Shown one piece after another: positions 48,062 through 61,540 of a stretch of DNA of 64,000 nucleotides. How positions within the stretch are numbered: the stretch's first letter is position 1; the number at the start of each line of letters is the position of its first letter. Origin of the DNA: Lama glama. Lineage: Eukaryota. A program made the position numbers and the translations under genes. The notes below the pieces were generated by a model. It searched no databases. It had not been told where the DNA came from and saw only the letters and a list, made by a program, of their open reading frames with translations. Location of the stretch: assembly GCA_028534125.1 (NCBI GenBank), contig CM052818.1:5458001-5522000 (forward strand). The letters run 5' to 3'.

Positions 48062-48225
48062 TATAGATTCACAACCCTGGCAGCACAGTTAATCCACCAG
48101 GGGCACTTTAAATATTTCTGATGCCCAGACCAGTTCAATCAGCCTCTCCAACACGACACGCAGACATTAGTATCTTGAAAGTTCCCCAGCTGATTCCAAC
48201 CTGCAGCTAAGGTTGGGAACCCCTA
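48062..48225. mobile_element. hAT-Charlie MITE, MER5A-like, with 8-bp TSD
   Basis: Degenerate TIRs; perfect TSD ctttagat at 48054-48061 and 48226-48233. Confidence 0.85.
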
Positions 48226-49101
48226 CTTTAGATTATGGTATTTGTTTTTTCCAAAGTATGGAAGAGGAGGAACTCTCAGCTTGCTTATACTGAGGATGGA
48301 AATGGGGAGGATGAAGGGAAAAACAAGCTCCAAAAGTGTTCAGTTTAATACAATTGCACTGTCAAGAAAATGCAAATTCCTTGTTCAATACATTCCTCTC
48401 CATGCAGATGGTAAATGTCTGAAGGACCTGTTTCCAGTCACTGTATTTTGTTGAATAAACCTACACATGCTAAGGCCAACAGCAGACATCAAGATGGTCC
48501 CTCTTTATAAGGCTTCGCTAAAAGCAAGCAACACTGTGAGTAAGAACATTGCCCTCCCCCCCGCCACACTCCCCCATCTCCACACACATACTTAGAAACC
48601 TACAATCTAGAATGTGTTAATGTTTTCTTTTTCCTTATAACTTGGAGACAAATACCTCACAAATTAAAGTTTCCCCTAAGTCAAATATACAAAGCCTTAT
48701 CTGATATTTCAGAAGCCAAAACATCAAATCCAGCACAAACACAACTTAGTTTTTTCTTTCTCCAAAAAAAAGGAAGAAAGGCCCCAAATAGTATTCCTAC
48801 AGGAAGCATAAATTGTATTGCTAGAAGTAATAGCAATTTCTTTAGCTATATCCCCTAGGACTCACTTCAGTCTATTTTCCTAAGTGCTGTATTTTTAAAG
48901 CTCTGTTGCATACCTGCCTCTTAAGACCAACTGAACGGAACATTCTAAATTCTGAGCACTTAGTGGTGCAAGGTTGGTTGAAGGTGTACCCTTAGAAAAA
49001 TGAGTCCCTTTATCAGTCATTCTTGCCACGTGAGACCCTGGGGAAGAAATTATTCACAGAGCCACTGGCCTCAATTTAGAATTTCTTATGTTGTTCTACT
49101 T

Positions 49102-49545
49102 AGTGGTAGATTGGTTTGGTTATTGCTAAAAAAAAAATCTACTCCTGATTGCCTATATCCATAAGAGAAATGTATTTCCCTGACTTTAGCCATAGCCATG
49201 TGACTTGCTTTGCCAGTGGGTTATTAGCAGATACGATACAAAGGCTTAAAACTGGCTTGTACAGATGATCTTGCCCTCTTATGCCTTACCTGTCATAAAT
49301 ATGAGAAGAGTTTGTGCCCAGGATAAATGAACACATACAGAACAGACCTCAATCCACCCTGCAATGAGGAACTGGGCCTAGCTAGACCCACAGCTTGAAT
49401 CAGAACCACTCAGCCAAACCCAGCCTAGATTAGCCAAATCCCACACAACCCACAATTTTGTGGGCAAGAATAAATGACTTTATTTTATTTTAAGCCACTG
49501 TGTGTTTGGAATGGTCTGTTATACAGCAATAGCTGGCTGATATAT
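49102..49545 (+). mobile_element. MaLR LTR, MLT1I-like
   Basis: gccatgtgacttgctttgcc, cccagcctagattagcca, ttttaagccactg, gttatacagcaatagctggctgata. Confidence 0.8.
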
Positions 49546-49854
49546 ACTGCAAGACATGGTATTGAATAAACAAGAACCCATAGAGAAAAACTGGTTTGAA
49601 AACTCATTTCTTATGGCCAACTAAAAATATTTTTTGAAGCGGGTTGCTAGGTTGAAAGATTCATTTTATGCTATAAGATAATCATGGTATTGCAACCATC
49701 ACTGGCTATCTGTTGTTGATACATGTAAGTAAAGCAAATAATTATTTTTCTGAATAACTATTTTAGATGGTACAAAATTCTCTTTGAATGGAAAAGTTGG
49801 CTGCACTTTCACTGTGGTGTTAAATATCAGTTTGGCTATTGGTTGTAAAATAAT

Positions 49855-50075
49855 CATTATAGCTACCATTCACTGAACATTTGCTACATATACCTTACAA
49901 ATATTGTATCAAAATACTACACTTAGGTAGTTGTGATTATGTATCCCCATTTTAAAGATGAAAACATTGAGGGCTGAATGTTTAAGTAACTGGCCCAAGG
50001 GTACCAAGGTAGGAAGCAGCTATGTTGGGATCTGGCCCAAATCTGTCTGGTTCAAGAGCCTAACTCTTCCTGCTG
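49855..50075 (-). mobile_element. MIR
   Basis: tccccattttaaagatgaaacattgagg, taagtaactggcccaaggg, aatctgtctgg. Confidence 0.8.
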
Positions 50076-51364
50076 CCTCTCAAATTAAAAAGGCTAATAT
50101 GTGAGAAGAATAATGCAATAAGAATAGGGTCATTAACATGGGTCAATTACAATGAAGGATAAGTCATAACATAAATCTCTGTGACAGAATGTAGCTTTCT
50201 GGTTCCCTTCTATCAGCCATCTTGAGTTAATGTCTCAGATGTAAATATTCAATGCAATTAAACAAGTATTTCTTTGGCCCTCATAGGTACCAGGCCTTAT
50301 GCTCGTGCTCAGTGTTACAATTTAGTTTAGGACACAGTTCTTTCTTTATAGGAGCTTTCGGTCTAGTAAATAACTGATGTTGAAAAGATCCTAACCAAAA
50401 ATCCCAGTATGAGCTCTCTTATGTTCGAAACGCAGGGTGAACAGATGTTCCAACTAATGACTGCTGGGGTGGGAAGAGGGTGAGGGTTGGGGAGTCAGTT
50501 ACATTTACTCACTGAGAATGCTCATTCCTTTCCGAAGGCAGCCGGCAGCCAAGGCAGAAAACAAATTCTAAATTAAAGGGGAGATCAAGCTGTGCAAGAC
50601 TGCTGACTAGAGTGAGAGCTGAGATAAGGGCTGCATGAGATGCTGAGCTCGGGTCCATGGCCAATGGACCAGAGGAGCAGCACACCCTCGCCTGGTGACT
50701 CAGATGGGAATGCTGTTGGCCAACAAATAACAAATTAAGGGGGTAAAAGGAATTGTGGTTCTGTTGAGCATTATAAGACTCTCTCCTATTAAAAGGATTA
50801 AAAGTTTATTAAATCAAGATATTTGGCTTAAGTGAAGAAGAGTTGTAATACAATGTTATGATGCTGTTATTAACTACATCGATCAAATCTTCTACCACCC
50901 AAGACTAGGGATCACAACAGATCCAAACATAAGGCTCTCTTCCACCAAAGCATTTGACATTTCCTAGCCCCTCTTATTTTTTTATCCAGTCAAAAGGGGA
51001 GGTCTCATCTGAGCTGCCCCCTACTTCTCCATAAAAGTTAAAGAGGAGGAAGGAGGGAGTTTGCTAAAGGCATTTCACAAGTGGAGCATTAATATCAAAT
51101 GTATTCATCATGGAGAGAAAGCATCCAGTGTTCCATAACTTTTCTTCACCAATTCAAAATCAGCTGTTTCAATCCTCCTTGTTTCAAAAACAATTACTAT
51201 CAGGATATACCGATATAATCCTGCACAGAAATAGCAGGAATAGTTACCAAATACTGCATAATATCAAATACTTTATCCCTCTTTGCAGGAAAAAGTCAAA
51301 TGTGTACCCATTCATTTTCTTTACAATTCTAATTTCAAATGTGACATCATCCCAGAAATATCAT

Positions 51365-51535
51365 CTGCTACGTTACATAAGTTACCTAACTGATCTTAAT
51401 TTCAGCTCTCTCACCTGTAAAATAGGCATAAGAAGCCTACTGGAAGGGTTGTTACAAGGGTCAAAAATAAAACACGTAAGACACACGTGAGACACAGAGG
51501 AGAAAATCAATAAACAGTAGCTGCTATTATTACTA
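51365..51535 (+). mobile_element. MIR
   Basis: aagttacctaac...cagctctctcacctgtaaaatagg...aatcaataaacagtagctgctattatt. Confidence 0.75.
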
Positions 51536-52869
51536 TTGACACTGCTCATACTTAAAATTGTGTTATTGCTTGTATATCTTAATTATTTTTGTCATATGCT
51601 TCAGCAAGTCTCCTTCTAAACAAAAACGTTAAAGCAAAATGATTCTAACTACATACCACTTGTGGATCACATCTCCTCTGGATTTCAAAACAGCGCTACC
51701 ATTCCACTTCGCTATTATGTGTATAAGTAACTAGAGCCCAACAACCTTAGCCCTTCCCACCTTACAGCCTTCTTAGGGCCTTGCTGGAACCAAGGCATCC
51801 TGTGTCTGACTTGCTTAAATATTGAATTTACTGTCTACCTAAATTAGTACCAATCTCAAACTTTGATGGAGAGATAAGATTTACACATGGTGCTTGCCAG
51901 TGCCAAGACTCAAGAAATCCAAGCAGTCAGCCTTTCCCTTGGTGAGTGGAGATTAGTTCCTCTCCCAAAAGCTCACACTTGCTAGGAAGGGGACATGCAT
52001 GAGCTCATGAACACCAAAGCCACCAATATCAACAAGTTCAAGCTGGGACTAAGGTTGGGGCATTCTCCTTCCCTGAGCCAAGTCATTACCATCCTCACAC
52101 CTTGGCACAAATTATCTTATTGGCTTAACCTAGAAAACCTCAGCCAAAAAGACGGTTAGGGTAGTTAGAAAAATAATCCAGTAATATTTTCTCATGATGC
52201 ATGATGTTAAAGATAGACTTTTCCCATTCAAACTCAACTTGTCTTCTTTAGAAATCAGCAACTCCTTTCAGTCTTTCTACCTAAGAAGGAGTCCAGAAGT
52301 CAGGTGTTTGGAGTCTGTTGTTTCCTCCTAGCATCCATGGCCCTTTTTATTTTGGTAACAGCACCCAAATTTCCCTTGGGGACCATATACAGTCTCAGTG
52401 GGGCCATCATACAAGACACCATGACCACAAGCAACTGATTCATCCATTCTCCTGTGGATGGACTTCGAGTGTTTCCACTCTTTTGCTATTGTGAAAAGAA
52501 TGGCTATGAATTTTTTTGAGCTTAAGTTAGCTAAAGTGGGTTTCTGTTGCTTAGAAACACAAAATACTAACTGATCTATGTGAGAATACAGAAAGTCCTC
52601 AATTATCATGCACCATTATTGATAAATATAGTTCATTGCTCATTATTAGGTACAAAGTATTGTAAAAGTATAAGATTTAAGGAATTCCCAAAGGTACTCT
52701 AGCACACTGTTCTACTTTCACAGAGAGATGTTAAGGCACTCATCTTAGTTTCAGTCATCTATCATCTACCATTTGTGGACTTAATTACAAAAGGCTTTAA
52801 TCAACTAACTTCTCTTTCCCTCCTAATGAGAACTGAATAGTTACCTTGCTAGTTGAAAAAATAAAAGCC

Positions 52870-53730
52870 AAGGGTGACTCAAACTGCTAACAAATATTTG
52901 CAAAGATGCTCAAACTCATTAACAACCATGGAGATGCAAATCAGACCACAATGAGACACACTTATACAGTAGAGTGGCATAAATTAAAACATCTTACCGC
53001 ATCGAAGATTGAAAGAGGTGGATCTATGGGAACTTTTATTCATATACACTGGTGAAAGAAAAGCAAGTTGGTGCAACTACTTTGGAAAAAAAATGTGGCA
53101 GGATGCTCTAAACTACGTAAAGTTGAATATTTACCTACAATACAATCCAGGGTAAAATGCAGGGAAACTTTTGCCTTTGTGTCCCAGGAGACAGGAACAA
53201 AAATATTCATATCAGTTTTTTTCACATTAGCAAAACAAACAAACAAACCTGGGAAACAACTCAAATGCTCATCAACAGGAAAAGTGGATGAACCAATTGT
53301 GGTTTAGTCACATAACAGAAAATTATAAAGCAGGAAAAATATATAGTCTAAAATTTCAGAAACAACATGAATATATCTAAGAACACTGACTAAAAACAGA
53401 AAGTCCCAGCAAACTGCACAAGGAGTATCACTTTCATAAAGTTCAAAAAACCATCAAAGCCAAGCGGCACACTATACAGATATACACATGTGTAGGTGGA
53501 TAGATGACTGTGTGTGTGTGTGTGTGTTAAAATAATTTTCAGTAAAGCAAGCGATGTTCAGCACAATGTTCACCCTCAGGCTGGAAGGAGGCAGAGATGT
53601 GTGATGTGGGAGGACTGTGTAAGAAATTACAATGATGTCTGTGGTGCTAAAATTGCATGGTGAGTTCACAATTGTTCGTTTTATTATTCTGCTTCATCAC
53701 TTACATGTATGTTACATATATTCTCACACT
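52870..53730 (+). mobile_element. Old L1 3' end (L1ME-like), contains (TG)n at 53508-53526
   Basis: aagatgctcaaactcatta...gatgcaaatcagaccacaatgagac, ggtgcaactactttggaaaa, ctcaaatgctcatcaacagg. Confidence 0.8.
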
Positions 53731-54714
53731 GAAGACTGTAGTATAGAAGAAGAAGCCAGAAGTCGTAGCTTCATCAAAGGACATAAGTGGAGGAGACTAG
53801 AACCCAGACTTCACAAGGAACACTGTAGGTAACTGGGATATATTCTGAGTTTCCACCCACTAATAATTCAATAACTCCTCTTGCTCTGATTTTTTTATTT
53901 TTTTATTTTTTTGGATCCAACTCTTTGTATGTCTTTCGTGGACCACTTCCCACCGAACAGTCTGTAGCATTTTAACCACTCACTAGCCCTATAAACTCAG
54001 ATAAGCTGAGAGGGAAGGAAACCAATCTCTTATGATTTTGTAAGTCACACATGTTTAATGTGCACATTTTCTTCATAACGGAAGAGGCTGTTTCTATCAG
54101 AACCATGAGGTTAATGTATTCCTTCCTTCTCAATTTCCCACCCCAATATACTAACCAATCCTTCTGGGAAAAAAAGCTTTTATCTTATCAGAGACCTATG
54201 CTTTGGGGATAATGCAGCAATATTTTATTATTGCTGCTAATATGTGCATGTGGCTAGAGATAGAACAATAGGCAAAGAACATCACTTTGTTCTATGAAAA
54301 CATAAACCTACCCTGGCCAGTTAAAGTGGCTTCTTTTCTTTGGCAGCTGCTTCTCCAAGGTCTGAAAAGTGCCTAGGTCTAACGGAAGACCTTTGGAAGA
54401 GACTCTCGCCCACCAGGGAGAAGAGGAAAGAAAGATATCACCACATAAGACCCTACAACTAAAGCTGTCCAAGCGCGCAATTTGCCAGACTACGGGAAGA
54501 GCCTTAGTCACTCTGAGTTTAAAAACGTGACAGATTGTTAACAATGATAATGCCTCGGCTTATAAACGAGAGCAGAAGTGGATCAAGTGGCCTGACACAC
54601 ACAGAAATGTTTTTCTAGCTAAACCTTTGTCTTAGCTACTCCTCCACTCATCTCAACTGTACCTCTTGTAATAAAAACTTGGACTGGAGCACTAATCCGT
54701 ATTTATATTACCCT

Positions 54715-54750
54715 GTTATGTTATGTTACGTTACGTTATGTTATGTTATG
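54715..54750. repeat. (TGTTA)n pentanucleotide repeat with two CGTTA variants
   Basis: Directly visible. Confidence 0.9.
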
Positions 54751-55127
54751 CTGAAAGCAACCCAATTTGCTAATAGCCTGTTACTCTCTAGCTGCATTTC
54801 CCCCAGGCCTAATACCATTCAATTCCTTCTTAAGGTTGCTTTCTCCAAGGGATGCTGATTGAGAGCTGGGCTGGCTTTCACACATTCAATTTCTAAAGTA
54901 TCCCTTCGAATGCCTTCTTCCTTGGGAATAACATAAATACAGAACAACAACAACAAAAGTGAGCAGGCAGTATAAAGTGTGTATTGCATCCCAGAGGCAT
55001 ATGAATATAAAATCACTGACTAAGAGGCCATGCCAAACATTCATATGTCTCTCTGGAAAATAACTGATTGTTTCTCCCACTATGGAGAATTCAAATTATT
55101 TTTTTTAAAGCCATGCCAGACATACCG

Positions 55128-55503
55128 AATCAATCAGGAAGGAACAGGTTATGACATGGTAACAAAAGAAACCACATAGCCCAGTGTCTTAAAACACCAA
55201 GATGTATTTTTTGCTCTGACTATATATTGTACAAGGGTTGACTTAGGGTGCACCTCCATATCACCCTGCACCCAGATGTGCAGAGCTACACTATGTGAAA
55301 GTTTGCTGATTGGAGGAATAAGGAAGTGACAGTGACGACTGGCATGCAGGCTGTTAAAGCTTACGACCAGAAGTGGCCCTCCAGACTTCCTCTCATATTT
55401 CAGTGATCAGAGTAAAGTATACAAGAAGCAAAGGAATATTTTACCTAATGTCTAGCTGGAAATAGCAAAAGACAAACATTTAGGGAACAATAGATACTGC
55501 AAC
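55128..55503 (-). mobile_element. MaLR LTR, MLT1J-like
   Basis: aggttatgacatggtaacaaa, cagtgtcttaaaacaccaagatgtattt, ttaaagcttacgaccagaagtg. Confidence 0.6.
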
Positions 55504-56518
55504 AGATCTTAACAGTGCCCGGAAATGTAATCCTCCCAAGATGGAGGGCGGGCGTGAATTTTCAAACAGGCTAACTTTTAATGCTTTCTAAAGACTATGT
55601 TTAATGCTGATGAGAAAGTGTGGGGCAAATAGAGAGACTCATTAAGTGAGAAGCCAACTCTTGGGCTGATATTATGAATGGATGGTTACTACGTCCAGAC
55701 CCCTCAAGAAGGTTCTCAAAACAATTAAGTGACGTGAACCCAGCGATACTGGTGACTGTAGAATTCTAGCTAGTAGACTTTCATTTCTAATACGCAGACT
55801 AAAGTGAGCCTTTCCAAAAGAAATTTTATCTTCTGAATTAACATACACCAAAATATTTCAAGCTTTGGCTACAGAGCAAAATTATTCATTATTTTTAAGG
55901 GGCTAAGAAAAGAAAATGTTGTAACTGGGAACTTTAAAAGATGAATGTGAAAAGCCAAAATGCTATAAATGTTCTCTATATGCCAGAAATGCCTGAACTT
56001 TCCATTTTTACTAAATTACATCTAATGTAAGCACATTTGGCCTTTTCCTTGCTTCCTCATAGTCTGATATTCCAATCAAACCATTTCAATATAAACTAAA
56101 TCTTGATCCAATACTATTATCTCAACCAAGAGCTCATTTTTAAAGCCATATAACCTTTAATGAGATATATGTATGATGGGTATGAGCAGTGATCTACCTA
56201 AAAAGCTGTTTCCCCTGAAAAGGGAGCTATATTTAATATATTATTCTACCATTACCTTCACATTCCACTTGCCAGGGAATTAGAAATTGTCTACATGAGT
56301 TCTCAAGGAGCGGGAAGATTTTGCTATGAACTTCCTCCCCGATTTCTTCTTTCTTTTACAAAATACTCGATTTTCCAGGAGAGAATGAAGAGCACAAGGG
56401 CTTATGAAGTATTATAACCCCTACTTGGCATTAGAAGTAGGCAGCAGGGAGAGGAAATAAGTGAATTCCAGTGACGACTCCCTCCAGCTTTAGTACTGGT
56501 GAGCATCCTTGCTCTAAT

Positions 56519-56732
56519 ACAGCAAACTTTGTCAAGAGCCAGATGGTTAATTTATTTGGCTGTACAGGCCATGAGGTCTCTGTTCCAACTATTCAGCTCT
56601 GCTACTGTAGCATGAAAACAGCTATAAACAATATGTAAACAAATGAGCATGGTTCTGTTTCAGTAAAACTTTATTTATAAAACCTGGAGCCTGGCCATAT
56701 TTGGCCAGGGGGCTACAGTTTGCTGATCCCTA
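56519..56732 (+). mobile_element. hAT-Charlie MITE MER58A
   Basis: cagcaaacttt...gccagatggttaa...ctattcagctctgctactgtagcatgaaaacagc...taaaactttattta...cagtttgctgatccct. Confidence 0.9.
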
Positions 56733-57824
56733 GTTTCGGGAAGAAATATAGCCTACAGCCTAGTGAATCTCAGACATGGTCATCGTTCTGCCTGTCTTCC
56801 CATGTTCTTTTATGTCCACACTACCTTTTTTTATTTATTTTCTATCAAACCTGCACCTTGTTTCTCCCTTCAAAAGTTCTTTTTTTTCAGAACTATGATT
56901 ACTGTTGACTCCTGTGGGTAAAATATCAAGGAAAACAATTTTTCCCCTTATTGTCCAGAAATTGCTGCATATTTACCTGTAAATCTCATCAACCAACACC
57001 ACTTATTAGTTAGTAATATGTGGGTGCAGAATGTCCTATTCCAGGTCTTGAGGGCAACAGAAAAGGAAGCAGCAGTCAGCCTTTGCCTCAAGCAGCTAAT
57101 AACCAATATTGAAAGTGTCATGAGAAGATGTAACTCTGCATTTCTTTGACAGGAACATGAATATGTGCACAAGAACAGATGAAAAAAGATAAATGACAAT
57201 TAAGTGTCTGAGTTAGAACAGACACTTAGAGCTGTAGGAAAGCCCAAAGGCAGTAAGGTCACCAAAGAGCCTGGGAGAGAAGACTGAAGTGGAGAAGGAA
57301 GCACAGGCATCTGAAAGAGAAGAGGACATGGCCCCTTTGATTTCCTCTTCATTACAGGCAGAGGGCAAGTTAAACTTCCCTCCATCCACTCCCTCCCACC
57401 TCTTGACTCTCCTCCCCTTCTCAGCTCCAAAGAGAAAAAACCCTAATGTGGATCAGGACTACCGTGTCCCACCACCAAGCAGGTGTGGTGAAGAGACATC
57501 CAGTGAGACTGGAAAGAATGTTTATGCCTCACGGGTGCTTGCAGTACACTCTGCTTAAAATCGCATATTTGGCTGTTTCTCTTTGGGCCTCTCTCTCTTC
57601 CCCCATGAGGCTAATGTGGTACAAGGGCACAGAATTTCTTCCACATTCAAGGAGGCATCTCTAGGGTCAGAGGCTCAGATTAGTGTCTAGGAAAACAGAA
57701 GCACTGGTCAGGACATTAAGTCTGCCTTACTGTACACCAAGAGCATCTAAGACTCACGTAGGACAGCACAACACACCAGGACTAGAGTTTCCCTGAAGGA
57801 TTTGGTTTGAGTCAAAGGCTTATC

Positions 57825-58153
57825 TATCTGCTCTGTGTCCCCTCTCCTCCAAGTTCATATTTGAAGCCTGTTCCCCAGGTGGTGTCATTTGGAGGTAGGG
57901 CCTTTGTTTGGGAGGTGATTAGTCCTCTTATAAAAGAGACCTCACAGAGCTCTCACCCCTCTTCTTGCCATTGAGAATACAAGGAAAAGTCAGCTGTCTC
58001 TGAAACAGGAAACAGGCCCTCACCAGACACTGAATTTGCCAGCACCTTGATCTTGGACTTCCCAGTCTCCAGAACTGTGAGAAATTATTGTTTGTTGGTG
58101 AAGCCACCTCATCTATGGTATTTTTGTTAAAGCAGCCCAAATGGACTAAGACA
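57825..58153 (+). mobile_element. MaLR LTR, MLT1A0-like
   Basis: ggccctcaccagacactgaatttgccagcaccttgatcttggacttcccagtctccagaactgtgaga...gactaagaca. Confidence 0.9.
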
Positions 58154-58329
58154 ATATCCAAATGGTGAGTTTTGCCTAATGTCTTCCCCCAAACATCTCC
58201 CCTGAGCCTTGAGAGAAGGTTACATCCCTTTCTCTCAGAGACAGAGCAAACATCAAAGATTCCTGCTTCACACAGATGTGTTCATCCCCAGGGAAGAAAA
58301 CCTCAGCCTGTTGGCTTAGTCAGGTTAAT

Positions 58330-58560
58330 AGCATGGCAATGCGGTAATGACCCTGAACTGGTAGGGTAAGCTCTCAGCCATACCGCCTTCCAGCTACATG
58401 ACCTTGAAGCAAGCAGTGAATTCTTCTAAGTTTCTGAATCCTCATCTCCAAATTGAGCATTATTACTTGCTCTACCTACTTTAAGGATTGTTAGTAGGAT
58501 TAACTAAGATAATGGTTATGCAAGTTGCTCTATAAATGGAAAAGCTGTTTACAACATCAC
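58330..58560 (+). mobile_element. MIR
   Basis: cagctacatgaccttgaagcaag, cctcatctcc, ggattgttagtaggattaactaagataat. Confidence 0.65.
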
Positions 58561-58759
58561 AAGGTCATCATTACGATAATGATTGACATTACAGAAGATA
58601 ACGTTTTGGTTTTAAGCACTCAGGAGAGTATCTCTAAGCCAGTATTAATGCTCCTAATAGATCAGGGTAGCATTTATCAAAACCAAGGCTTTGCAGACGA
58701 CTACTCTGTAAGAGTTTAATAGCGTATTTAAAAGGTATTCCAAGGGATTCTGGAAATAT

Positions 58760-59770
58760 GGTGGTGATGGCGGTAGCATAACTCTTAGACCTTCCAGAAT
58801 CCTTACATAAAAAATAGCAGACCAATTAGATAGCAAAACTAGAAATTCACAGATAGTATTTAGAACAAAACTAGACAATAAAACGTTCTGGCCAATCTCA
58901 CGTAAGGCCCCACACTGAAGAGAAACTACCAGGAAGGAGATCAAATCTGAGCATGTCTGGGATGACAGAGATGAAGAAAAGAAGGCACAGATAAAAGTGG
59001 GGAGGGGAGCAGAGTCAAGAGTCTCTGAAACAAGCCACCGTATTTTTTTTATACTACACAAAAGCAACAGAAGAGGGAGATCTGTGAAGTTAGAAAAGCT
59101 ACCTAAATCAAGCTTCTTTACAAAGTTCAAGGAAACTACTTTCACATTAAGAAGACCCACAGAAAAGTATTCTATACAAAGTTAGCATAGGAAGAAAAGA
59201 GAATGAGCAGAATCCTATTGCTTCAGAAAATAAAACCATGCCAGAAAGACATATTCAAAACATAGAACAGAACTGTAGCATTCAGTTCCAAAATGAGCTA
59301 AAAGACATTAAGCAAGTGATACAAGACATGAAAGAAAACCATAAATCAAAATTAAAACTCAGAAATGAGGTGATACAAATCAAGAATAGGAATTTTTAAT
59401 CATGAAAACTAAATTATATTTAAGGGGGCTGATTCCAGGAATGGCACAGGAAATACAGAAGATGAGATCAGAAATTCTTGATAATACCAGAAAGCAAGAA
59501 AGCTCTTGAAGATTAGTCGTCATGTTAAAAGGACTCAGGACACAACTGGAAGAGGCTCTCATGACCAAAGATTCACCAAGTTGAAGTTCAACAACATTAA
59601 AATTCTGATGAATTGAAATCTATCAAATATGTTTTTATGCATGAGTTCATAAAGATATTTACTCAATAAAACCATCTCAAGTTTCAAAATTAGAGGAAAG
59701 CTGAATCAAACAGATTTCTTTTCTGTAGGACTTTTCTGAGCTAATAAAATGTGTTGTAAATCTTTAAAAC
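58760..59770 (+). mobile_element. Very old L1/HAL1-like 5'/ORF1 remnants
   Basis: A-rich strand bias with degenerate ORF1-like segments (aaatgagctaaaagacattaagcaagtgatacaagacatgaaagaa). Confidence 0.4.
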
Positions 59771-59799
59771 AGAAGATAAACCAAATATCATCACTTTTG

Positions 59800-59938
59800 T
59801 TTTTTACACTTTAATAGTTACACTTTCAAGAAATGGCATGACAGAATTTAATTAATAGTACTTTTCCATCCTTAATAGTACATAAAATAATGGTGCATCT
59901 TACAATCAAAGGCTTCTGAGATTCTGTTAAATACAATA
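59800..59938 (-). mobile_element. Tc2/Mariner-family MITE, MER104-like
   Basis: gtacataaaataatggtgcatcttacaatc...agattctgttaaatacaata terminal segment. Confidence 0.55.
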
Positions 59939-60965
59939 GAATACTTCCATTCCATTCATCCTGCCACCAGTATTTTTTCCATAGCATACATACTAATGGT
60001 TCTCAAAACTATGTTTTGAAGAATACCAGCTCAGGAAATGTTATATTTGAATAAAAATATAGATCATACATTTGCCTTCAAAATCCCACAGAACTCCTCT
60101 AACAAACAGGCATTTTATTTCTCCACCTGGAAAAACACACTTTCCTTTGTGGTTGTTTATCTCTGACAGCTCTTACGACATCTCCCACCCCACTGCGGGC
60201 AGTGACCACATCCTTTCATAACTCAAACCAAGCCTAAGCAGCCTTTTAAAAGTGGTCAATTTTTAATGGCTAATTGGTATAATTCATTTGCTGTTGAGAT
60301 TTCCCTTAAAACGGATGCATTGAAAAATATAGGTTTTTATCTTCCCTCTTTTTTAACATTTCTGCATTAATATTACGCTACTCTAGGGCCTAAGAGGGCT
60401 GGACTCGTGAATTCTTGAATGGCACCTGGGTAATTTGATCCAAAATATGTCTCCTATCACAAGACCACGTTGACAATACTGGAGAAAGCCCATCCTTATA
60501 GAAAGGCTACTAAGTTCAGATTTTGTGGATTCATAACAAAATTAGAAAGACACTTTCAACTAGAGATACAACAGATACAAAAATAGAGTCATAAAAACCA
60601 AAACAGTAGCTTCTGACATCCAGCCCATTCTCCTAAAAGTGTAACAAATAAAACACAAAGGAGTCTGACTCCGCCACCACCTCCTTACCTCCTCACCACA
60701 CTCATTAGCTGCTGGCAGTGGCCTGGGCAGGGGTGCCAGCAACAGGGCCACTGTGGAACAACAGAAGCTTTCTCTTTCAGAAAGTCACATCGAGAAAGTC
60801 ACTGAAGGGGGTTTTTCTCCAAACCACAAAACCGAGTCAGACAACATGTACCCAGCATGAAGGATGGCCTACTGCCACCAGTTTCTGCTTCAGGCACTGG
60901 ATTAAGAAGGAGATTATCTAAATCTTAGGTCAGCTCTGGAAGTTAGAGGAAGCAAGGATGAAAAG

Positions 60966-61034
60966 ATACAGATAGACAGATACATACATACATACATACA
61001 TACATACATACATACATACATAGACAGACAGACA
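60966..61034. repeat. (GATA/GACA)(CATA)n tetranucleotide repeat
   Basis: Directly visible. Confidence 0.95.
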
Positions 61035-61487
61035 AATGGGTAGATAAACAGATCATCGTTATATCCATATGGACAGAGGTATATCCTTCTTTTCTGCTCC
61101 ATCAAGCAGCTCTACTTCTATTCTTGGGGCAGACAACCAGCTCCAGAGGGAAGTTTTCTGTTTGCCCCTCTTTCTCCCTTTCCCTCCTTTCTTTTTCCCT
61201 CCAAACCAAAAGAGGCGATGAAGAAATGGTATTCAGGGTTTGACAGAAATGGCTGGAGCTGGTGGAAAAAAGAATTATTCCAATTCTCTTTCCTACTTTA
61301 GTACCTGTTCCAAGAAAAACCTAGAAATTGAATGTGGGGGATGGGGAGGGAAATGAAAATACCCAGTGAAGAGAAGTGTGAAACCGGGAAAAGATACTGG
61401 GCTGAGGCTCTGACGTTTGAGTTCCAATGCAAATTTTCCATCATAACTTAGAAGGACTCAGGCTGATATTAAAGACAGACAGAGAGA

Positions 61488-61508
61488 AAGCAAGCAAGCA
61501 AGCAAGCA

Positions 61509-61540
<32 letters not shown>
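61488..61540. repeat. (AAGC)n(CAGC)n compound tetranucleotide repeat
   Basis: Directly visible. Confidence 0.95.
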
